Shown piece after piece: positions 55,532 through 64,000 of a stretch of 64,000 nucleotides of DNA. Numbering within the stretch: position 1 is the first letter of the stretch; each line of letters starts with the position of its first letter. Below the pieces are notes generated by a model. That model worked only from the letters and a program-made list of their open reading frames with translations, was not told the origin of the DNA and ran no database searches. The DNA comes from Oopsacas minuta. Taxonomy: Eukaryota; Animalia; Porifera. The DNA lies in NCBI GenBank assembly GCA_024704765.1, contig JAKMXF010000133.1, positions 1-64,000 on the forward strand, read 5' to 3'. The position numbers and the translations under genes are program-made.

Positions 55532-56076
55532 GGATAAATCCTTTCTGTCCCTGAATGCCTAAACTAGTAAACAACATATCGACAAATTAATATTGATTAC
55601 AAGTGTAATAATACAAGTTCATATATGATGTTATCCTATATATATATTGATTACACATTCCATAAGGCTAGGGAGGTATCTAGGATGTGTTAGTGATAAT
55701 ATATTATTCTAATTCGATAAGCATTATTACCCCAACATCCCTGTCCGGATTGAAAGTACTATTTAGCAACGTCCCTCCCTCTCGGGGACGTTTCTAGGAG
55801 TCAAACCATGAACCAATATCCTCATACGGAGGGTAATGTATATTATAACACCCTTCTTGAGTCCGGACAGAATGGCAGGGACACAATTGACACAAAAGTA
55901 GTTATAATTTATTAGCTGAAGTACTGTGAACAAAATTCTTCTAAAATGTGTGAAAATGAATCTGTTTTGTTTACTAGAAAATAAACAACAATAAACAATA
56001 TGTATATATATATATGTCAATAATCTCGACACAAAGTGGCTCAAACCACTTGTCATAAAGGTGTCAAAATTTTAAT

Positions 56077-59000
56077 CTATTTGCTTACTCCAAAAATAGC
56101 CTGTTTGAGTTGTTTGTAAGCAAAATCTAGATCGGCATTAACTATCTTTACATCAAACACTCCGGGAAGATCAGCTAGTAAACAAATAAACAAACTAGTA
56201 AACAAGTGGATAAACAAGTAAACAAACAATATATCCTATTTTATAACCGTTTAAAGGTGTCAAAATATGATTAATTACCAAATTCCAATTCTCTTTTTGC
56301 AATTCTTAATCTTTCTTGAATTTGAATTTCTTCTTCAGTTCCTCTCTTCTTTAACCTCAATTCCTAGAAATATTTATTTGTTTGTTGATTTGTTTGTTTG
56401 TTTGTTTGTTTGTTTGTTTGTTTGTTTGTTTGTTTGTTTGTTTGTTTATTTACTTGTTTACCAGTTCCTCTAAGCTTGGAGGCTGTATGAATATATAAAT
56501 AGGATTCATATCTGTTTTCTTAATATTCTTAACCCCCTATATAAACAATAACAACAACAATCAATACTTAGCTAAAATTATGTCACAAGCTTACACAGAG
56601 AAGCGATCAGATATCACAATCATTAGTTCTAAAAATATCTCTCTTAACAAAATGGAACTGGAACTAAATAAATTCCTGAAGCGGGAGAGTACTGTTAATT
56701 CTTTGAGTGGCAACGAGCAAGTTATTTATCAGAAACTGTTAGCTGGTATTAAACAAACTCAATATGGAACTGAAACTATGAATTAACCATTGATGTCCGT
56801 ATGTTAAGTATATTCATATTTTCTATTATCATAGGTGTCAAAATTCACACTCCAAATCCATGTAAAGTGATTATTGTACGTATATTAGCTATCGGCTGTA
56901 GATGTGTGATATTTCAAATCACATATTTTAACACCTATAAATTGTCCAATATATGTCCCATGGTTCCCCTTAGGTATACTTTAAGAGAATAACAGAGGTG
57001 TGAATAAGATTGACTGATGCTAATACACAGCTATAAACCCTGACAACTGATTGGCTGTCAGGTATCACAAATCATGTAAATATGAGTGATGTGCATATTT
57101 AGTTGTAAATATTTTAAATGTGGCGCACCGTCAGAGATGTGTTTCAGAATGCCACAAATTCATCCCACTTTAATTTCACACACCACCTGGTCCACACCAA
57201 CCATACTTCACACCTTGAGCATGATGATGGCACAGGGGCGATACTATTCCTATTCCTAGCGGTTGTGACAGGAGCAATGGTCCGTTTCCTCTTCAAACGT
57301 CTCCCCATCCCGTATACTGTTATGCTAATCATATGCGGTTTGGGGGTAGGATCCGCGGCCAAGGCAGAACCAGCTATAAGAGAGTACACATACATAGCTC
57401 ACATGAACCCTCACCTCCTGTTACATGTGTTTCTACCTATTCTGATATTTGAGAGCGCATTCAGTATGGATGTGCACACATTTAAGAAGACCCTATCTCA
57501 GACATTGGTGCTAGCAGGACCCGGTCTAATGATATCTACAATCCTCACTGCTATCATGGCTAGATACATATTCACATATAACTGGAATTGGTTTGAGGCG
57601 ATCACGTTTGGATCTGTCCTCTCTGCCACTGATCCCGTGGCAGTAGTGGCACTGTTAAAGGAACTAGGGGCTTCTAAGCGTCTCGGAATAACCATAGAAG
57701 GAGAGTCTCTACTGAACGACGGATTTGCTATCATCCTATTCAGAATATTCCTAAACTTTGTTATCCCAGACTCACAGATATCTGGTGTCAACATGTTCAC
57801 ATTTATAATTAAGATAATCGTATTTGGTCCTCTCTTGGGTATAGGTATGGCGCGTATAACTCTATTTGTACTCTCTCATGTATATAACGATGCTCTGGTG
57901 GAGATTACATTAACTCTAGCCTCTACTTATATCACATTCTATATTGGAGAGAGATTTGAGATATCTGGGGTGTTAGCTGTGTTGATATTAGGAATAGAAG
58001 TAAACAGTCAGAAGGCTAACATTAGTCCGGAAGTAGAGGTGTTTCTACACAGGTTCTGGTCCATGCTGGAGTACCTAGCTAACACCCTTATATTCATAAT
58101 CGTAGGTGTAGTTATAGCAGACTCTGTGTTCATAGGAGTAGAAGCTATGGACTGGTTATTCCTGATTACTCTTTATGTAGGATTACAAGTTATTCGTCTG
58201 ATAGCTATAGGCAGTCTCTGGCCGATTCTAACAAAGATAGGTTATGCAATCTCCTGGAAGAGTATACTCGTTATGACGTGGGGAGGATTGAGGGGGGCAG
58301 TTGGTCTCTCTCTAGCCCTCATCGTCTCACAAGACCCCAGGATAGTGAGTCCTAACCTAGGCAGTAAGTTCCTCTTCCATACAGCTGGTATAGTACTCAT
58401 GAGTCTATTGATTAACGCGACAAGTGTTAAGTACCTGTTACGGGTCTTAGGAATGTTTGATATATCAGTCGCTAAGCTGCATACCATGAAAACAGCTGTA
58501 TCCATGTTGAGGAGAGATAGGAAGAGATCTATGAACATGTTAAAGTCTGACAAATTCCTGGCAGACTCTGCTTGGGAGGTTGTAGAGAAGAATACCCGAA
58601 TAAGGAACCCATACCGGATAGGAAAGGGAGGGAAGGATCGTGAGCACCCTCTGGATAATCCCTTCCACGTAGCAGGACATCAGTGTCCTAATTGTGATCA
58701 GAAGCTAGCCTCTATGCTTAGGCCCAAAGAGGTGTTAGAACTGAGTGAGGAGGTGAGACAGAGGATCATTAAAGCAGAGAAGATATCCTACTGGAAGCAG
58801 TTTGAACTAGGTATGCTAGACAGAGATGCTGTAAGAGTGTTACTACACACAGCTGATACTGTTATAGATCAACAGAACAAACTTATAGAGATGAAAGATA
58901 TTCAACACCACTGGAAAGTTCCATATGTAGTAACGCGTGTGAGACTATGGTTAGAGAAACTAATAACTTTACAGAACAAATATGAGAACAGACCTATCCC

Positions 59001-62000
59001 TGATCCTAAACTCCAGTGTCTACGTCCTCTATTCCGTGTGGTAAACAATCCTATATTCGATTACGTCATGATCTGCATAGTTACCACTAATGTCCTTGTT
59101 ATTCTCATAGAAACCTTGCTGTTCTACCTGGGAGATATAGAGCACCCTAGCTTCATAATAATTAACACGGTATTCTGTGTTGTGTACATAGTAGAGTTTA
59201 TGTTGAAACTATTTGGACTAAGGCGATACTATTTCTACTCAGCATTCAATATCCTAGATTTCCTAGTGCTGATATTCTCTATCATTGACACACCAATAAT
59301 GATAACTATGTTCATTCTCCCCTCTGATGGAGGATACTCTCAATTTGAATCTTTAAAGGGTTTCTCATTCATAAAGGCTATTAGAATAGTAAGGATTATC
59401 AGGTTTGGAAGAGTGCTACGATTGACGAAACTATTCCTACCCCTCTGTCTTAAAATAGTTGAATACTTCCTGAATAGGAAATTGAAGTTTGGATATGACG
59501 TAGGGAAGGGTTACATAGTTGGTAAGGAGGAGATGATGAAGACCCTCTGTAATCTAGCATTTACTCCTCAACCTATCTTAAACAAATTCATTAAAGCGTC
59601 AGAAAACGCTAGACTTGACACCACCAGACAGTTGGGTCTGATCCGTAAGGACCAGCCTGGCATAGCTGTATCCGTAAAGACCACGCAGGCAACCCGATCA
59701 GTCCTTAACAAGTGTAGTGAGACTATCAAGGAGCTCCAGTCAAGGGGGATAATAGATGAGAATGAAGCAATGAAGCTAAACCAGCAAATAGAAGCTCGTA
59801 AGAAGAATGTACAACACGCTCCCTACAGTATAGACAGCTCAGATCCCCGTATTCTACTCCAGAACCTCCCCTGGGTATACGGGCTAGACACCTCGGCTAT
59901 TGACTATATTATGCAGAGAGCAGTCCTCACTAACTTTGATATAGGACAAATAATAATCAGACAAGGAGACCCCCCTGATGGTATTCACCTTATCATTAAC
60001 GGATTAGCTAAGATAACTCAAAACTCGGCTCTGACACACACAGACCCTACAATAGACGAGCATAGCAGACGGTTCAGTAAGATACAGGGGGAGTCCTGGC
60101 CGGAGACTCATGAACGGACCATCCCTCAGATCCCTAAGGACGATGAGGGGACCATCAAGAAGTGTGCCTCCTGTCAGTCGGACATAGTAGGGGGAGAAGA
60201 GTCCATCTGGTCAGATTTTATCGGTACAGGGATAGTGCTAGGAGAGATGGGGGTGTTGCTTAACAGCAGAAAGAATGCTACCGTTACAAGTGAAATACCT
60301 GTACAGACCCTATTTATTAAGATGGATACTCTATTTGAGGCTATAGAGGACTTCCCTGCTCTGGGGAACTCGTTGTGGAAGGTGTTAGGTACCAGAATAG
60401 CGGGTAAACTCCTGCTAGGATTAATGGAGTATGACGAATTCACTTCTCAGGAAATACAGCTGGTCTGTCAAGAGGCATACGTCATGACACCTCTCTCAAA
60501 TCACCTGATTTGTATAGATGATAAAGTTAAGCATGTCATACTCGTAGCTGGTAATTGTTGTGATGAGAAGAACCATGAATTCAGTTTTAAATCTCCCGAG
60601 ATTGTACCCCCAGGGGTTAAGATACTCCGAGCCCTGACACCGGACACCAAAGTACTCGTGGTACCCAAAGAGAGTCTCAGGAATAAGAGACAGATAGATG
60701 ATCAAGACGAATCGGAAGATGAGTTAGAATGGACGGAGAAGCTCACTCTTATCATGTCCTCCCTTCCACATTTAGGGAGGCTATTCGCTAGACAGGCGTC
60801 TGATCATACACTAGATATATACTCAGAGCTGTCGGAGGAGGAGACCACCCAGAGTAACTATGTTAACAACTTTAACAAAAATATTAGAAAGTCAATAGTG
60901 AAATTATATTCCAGACGACACAGTTCTTCTGTACACGCACAGGATGCCGCGTTAAAACATTTTCAGATACAGGGGTCCATACTGGCCCCTCGGGACAATT
61001 CTCTACACACCCCCTCCATGGCTGTGTCGGACTCCAAGAAAATACAAGACGGTGACACCTAATTGACACCTCTGTGCTATATAGATATACTGCTATGCTA
61101 TGTTAATTAATCAGGTCTATATCCTGACGGGGTATTAACATTCCTGTGAATATGGTTCTTAAACAAATGATACAATTATGCCACATCTGTCATCAAGTAT
61201 TGGTTATTTATTTTCAGTTCTCAGAAGCCACTTCATGCCACTTCTACAATATAATAGAATATACCAGCATACCATATGTGAAACCTTATACTCAATAGAA
61301 ACTAATAGGCAGTTAGTTTATATAAATAAGATATACGTATATGTATATATCGTAACTAATTATCCTCTTATAGTTCCAGTTATATTAACATGTATATAAT
61401 AGGTGATATAATTTTTATTATATTTTAACACTAGATGGCTAAGATTAGTGTCTTGTTGTTATGTCTACTGGTGGTGCAGGTGTCAGGTGGTATAGAGCCA
61501 TCAATCCGTATAGAAATGACGTCACACCCTGATACTCAGTTCGCATTCCATTCCTTACATATTCCTAAGTTCACAAAACTGTCCGACCAGCCTGCTCACC
61601 TCATGAAACTGGACCCTACCCAGCTGTGTGTCATGTTCTCACACCTTTTGGGACTGAACCCTTCGGAGAACTTGTTCTGGGGAGGCGTAACCTCTTCTAA
61701 CCCCTTATTTAGACCCCGCGCCCTTGTCCTCTTGACGGTAGATGGACTCAGCGAGGAGAGGACCGTGACCCTCCCTGAGGGGACAACATCTTACATGGTA
61801 CAGAAAGATATAGGTGTTAAAGAGTGGATCAGTGACACATTCAATCCCAGCCTACTAAGAACTAGGTTAGTAATGTGACACTACTATTATTATTATCATT
61901 AATTATATTCTATTTATAGAATAATGGAGGTGTTTGGAGGACACAATGAGCCACTCATGGTGTCGGTAGCAGGAGAGGAACGTGTGGCCTCAGCGGGACC

Positions 62001-63878
62001 AAAGGGGATCAAAATGATAAAGGAGTACTATAACCCTCAAACAGGAGGAGTGTCAGTTATAAGAGACTATCAACACACGGAATTGTCCAAGCAGGAGGCT
62101 GTTAACCTTATGGGGACCATGGATATTGGTGAGTAATTGATATCATAGGGGAGGGACGATTAACTAAGGGTGTTCCTAGGTCTATAAGACCGATTGGATT
62201 GGAAATTGGTACATGGGTTATATATCACGTGTAGATACACACCTAAGGTCTAGAATACCCAAACAACAACAACAACAATTTGCTTATTCTTAGATTCAAT
62301 CTCAAAAGACACAAACACCATTTCAGTAAGAAGAACAGATGGCAACGAAGTTCTTTTCAATCTTAACTACAAAGCAGATACCAAATTCTTTACTGAAATA
62401 TTGGCTGCTATGGATACGATAGAAAGAATGCGGAACAGGAGAGAAACAGCTGATAACATACCTGATTTAATCGCTATAACTTTCACAGGTCTGAAAGATC
62501 TGAGATTAAAATACGGAGATAGTTCACCACAGGTAAATTCCTTATATCTCCATAGCAACAAGATTGGAATGTTTGCATATAGGTGTCAGCTGCTATACAA
62601 TTATACTCATCACTTCTCCCGAAGCTCACCGATCAGATTGTGTCGTTATATAGTGGTCAAGTGGCGGTGTTTGGGCTAACACTAATCTGGACTAATCCAA
62701 CAGGTGTGACTATATCCCAATCAGTTAATGAGGTCTATAATATAGCTAGAGAACACCTAGAGGACAAGGAATTGGACCACTTCCAGGTATGTACCAAGAA
62801 CTAATGATGTTATTAGTTCCAGTTTATAGCTAAAATGTCTCTGTCGTATTAACTAGAATATACAGCTTATTGATTAATTATATTTTAACACCTTTTCACA
62901 CAGCTAAACTTCCCAGAAGTAATCCTAAACGACGAATCTAAATCAAGCTCTGATAAACTAGACTCCCTCTGCTCCCTGGCAACCGAAATCAACCCAAGAA
63001 TGCAGCTTATGAGAGTCACATGCCCGCACAGGATCAGACGTGACACATTCCTACAAGCAAACAACAATACAAACAACACAATAAATGAGAATTCCTTAGC
63101 AACCGAGAAAAGCGAGGAATTCCCATACATGTTCAACATAATTTTATTAGTGGCGTTAATTTTCATAATAACACTATTCGCGATCAGCTGGTCGATGTGG
63201 CATATGGATCCAGGTGTTGATTCAATTATCTACAGGACAACTGAACCTGTTAAACTCAAGCTAGATTAATATCTAAACCGGAACTAAGGATATGTAGTAT
63301 TGGAACTATTGATTATGTGTATTAGTTAACCATGGATGTAATAATCCTATAGTATGTGTTGTGAATTATTAAGTGGCAGTTATGTGGCAGAGTGGCAGTC
63401 GAATGTTGACTATATCCTAGGTGTTCCAGAGGGTGGCCAAGTCACATACGTGACGCAAAAGGTGTTAATTCCATAATATAATAACAATAAACAAACAAAC
63501 ATACCTCAGAATCAATATCCAATATACAAATCTTCCCTGATTTCCTTACAAGTTCTACTGATTTAATACTAAAAAAACGAATAAAAATAGGTGTGAATAA
63601 CCGGAACTAATTACATACCTAGTTCCATATAGGTTACCAGCGTATTCTGTATATTCAATAAACAAATTTGACTTTATTTCTGATTGGAACTGTTCTTTAG
63701 AAATGAAATGATAATCTAGTGATTAATTTATAAAAGGTGTCAAGTGGCTCTGTCACTAAGTGGTTACATAAATACATACACCAGGGGAGAGATGTACCCC
63801 TCGGGGTATTAAGTGTGATATGGAAGTGTTACTTACGCTTTCCATCTATTTCTTTGTCCCTCTTCTGTCGTGTAGTAT
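56077..63878 (-). CDS. GUK1: Guanylate kinase made of micro-exons; 5' exon(s) lie beyond the window; a 6,968-bp intron hosts nested genes
   Basis: Exons 63837-63878 (HTTRQKRDKEIDGK), 63619-63715 (HYHFISKEQF...EYTEYAGNLYGTS), 63505-63568 (IKSVELVRKSGKICILDIDSE), 56462-56536 (GVKNIKKTDMNPIYIFIQPPSLEEL), 56279-56363 (ELRLKKRGTEEE..QERLRIAKRELEF), 56077-56174 (ADLPGVFDVKIVNADLDFAYKQL); all GT-AG and phase-compatible. Confidence 0.92.
56580..56786 (+). CDS. Candidate 68-aa protein nested in the GUK intron
   Basis: ATG-to-stop ORF with amphipathic helical composition (ISLNKMELELNKFLK...VIYQKLLAGIKQ); no firm family call. Confidence 0.35.
   Translation: MSQAYTEKRSDITIISSKNISLNKMELELNKFLKRESTVNSLSGNEQVIYQKLLAGIKQTQYGTETMN
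57118..61062 (+). CDS. SLC9C: Voltage- and cyclic-nucleotide-regulated Na+/H+ exchanger (SLC9C / sNHE), single 3.9-kb exon
   Basis: NHE core (SATDPVAVV, IEGESLLNDG, TWGGLRGAVGL); KISYWKQFELGML; voltage sensor with S4 KAIRIVRIIRFGRVLRLTK; CNBD IIRQGDPPDGIHLIINGL...GEMGVLL...NATV. Confidence 0.95.
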   Translation: MWRTVRDVFQNATNSSHFNFTHHLVHTNHTSHLEHDDGTGAILFLFLAVVTGAMVRFLFKRLPIPYTVMLIICGLGVGSAAKAEPAIREYTYIAHMNPHLLLHVFLPILIFESAFSMDVHTFKKTLSQTLVLAGPGLMISTILTAIMARYIFTYNWNWFEAITFGSVLSATDPVAVVALLKELGASKRLGITIEGESLLNDGFAIILFRIFLNFVIPDSQISGVNMFTFIIKIIVFGPLLGIGMARITLFVLSHVYNDALVEITLTLASTYITFYIGERFEISGVLAVLILGIEVNSQKANISPEVEVFLHRFWSMLEYLANTLIFIIVGVVIADSVFIGVEAMDWLFLITLYVGLQVIRLIAIGSLWPILTKIGYAISWKSILVMTWGGLRGAVGLSLALIVSQDPRIVSPNLGSKFLFHTAGIVLMSLLINATSVKYLLRVLGMFDISVAKLHTMKTAVSMLRRDRKRSMNMLKSDKFLADSAWEVVEKNTRIRNPYRIGKGGKDREHPLDNPFHVAGHQCPNCDQKLASMLRPKEVLELSEEVRQRIIKAEKISYWKQFELGMLDRDAVRVLLHTADTVIDQQNKLIEMKDIQHHWKVPYVVTRVRLWLEKLITLQNKYENRPIPDPKLQCLRPLFRVVNNPIFDYVMICIVTTNVLVILIETLLFYLGDIEHPSFIIINTVFCVVYIVEFMLKLFGLRRYYFYSAFNILDFLVLIFSIIDTPIMITMFILPSDGGYSQFESLKGFSFIKAIRIVRIIRFGRVLRLTKLFLPLCLKIVEYFLNRKLKFGYDVGKGYIVGKEEMMKTLCNLAFTPQPILNKFIKASENARLDTTRQLGLIRKDQPGIAVSVKTTQATRSVLNKCSETIKELQSRGIIDENEAMKLNQQIEARKKNVQHAPYSIDSSDPRILLQNLPWVYGLDTSAIDYIMQRAVLTNFDIGQIIIRQGDPPDGIHLIINGLAKITQNSALTHTDPTIDEHSRRFSKIQGESWPETHERTIPQIPKDDEGTIKKCASCQSDIVGGEESIWSDFIGTGIVLGEMGVLLNSRKNATVTSEIPVQTLFIKMDTLFEAIEDFPALGNSLWKVLGTRIAGKLLLGLMEYDEFTSQEIQLVCQEAYVMTPLSNHLICIDDKVKHVILVAGNCCDEKNHEFSFKSPEIVPPGVKILRALTPDTKVLVVPKESLRNKRQIDDQDESEDELEWTEKLTLIMSSLPHLGRLFARQASDHTLDIYSELSEEETTQSNYVNNFNKNIRKSIVKLYSRRHSSSVHAQDAALKHFQIQGSILAPRDNSLHTPSMAVSDSKKIQDGDT
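61435..63269 (+). CDS. ATP6AP2: (Pro)renin receptor / V-ATPase accessory protein 2, multi-exon
   Basis: Signal peptide; SNPLFRPRALVLLTVDG; IPDLIAITFTGL; TM helix followed by WHMDPGVDSIIYRTT tail. Confidence 0.93.
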
Positions 63879-64000
63879 CTAATAGAGTATAGTCTCTAAT
63901 TACATTAATAGTTATATTTGACAAAATTGGTCCCCTATATGAACGGTTCCCCAAGGGGGGTACATGAACCCTTTGGTGGTCCACATAATGTGCCAATTGT

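Noticed and set aside
55741-55870. Short inverted repeats (CTGTCCGGA...TCCGGACAG) with an internal hairpin
   Set aside because: The arms are only 9 bp and no TSD or second copy was seen; too weak to call a MITE or ncRNA

Overview
Eukaryotic, not prokaryotic, DNA: an AT-rich and very gene-dense animal genome with many ~40-150 nt GT-AG introns that often carry (TTTG/TTTA)n tracts. An early-branching animal such as a sponge is a plausible guess, but the taxon cannot be proven from sequence alone. About 27 protein-coding loci can be assembled by hand: a caspase, TTC39, CAMKK, a PTPRA/E-type receptor phosphatase, COA6, PPA, MRPL3, a PDZ+3xSH3 adaptor, DUSP22-like, eIF4B, prosaposin, RNF11, SCD, CAB39/MO25, an O-fucosyltransferase-like gene, FDFT1, UBTD, ADAMTS, CUL1, an ARHGAP20-like gene with an extra DH domain, ATP5IF1, MTAP, CDC14, a C2H2 zinc-finger gene, an orphan coiled-coil ORF, SLC9C (sNHE), ATP6AP2, and a micro-exon guanylate kinase that the ORF track misses. 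The dominant structural theme is antisense gene nesting, with three host genes. The RPTP holds COA6, PPA and MRPL3; CUL1 holds the DH-PH-RA-RhoGAP gene; GUK holds SLC9C, ATP6AP2 and a small ORF. Other notable items: a recent exon+intron triplication in prosaposin, long intronless genes beside heavily fragmented ones, several MITEs and a Helitron-like element, one MITE that may be spliced out as a new intron, and regional enrichment of short sequence words. No rRNA, tRNA or CRISPR features were found. Exon boundaries were read by eye and gene names come from recalled family motifs, not database searches.
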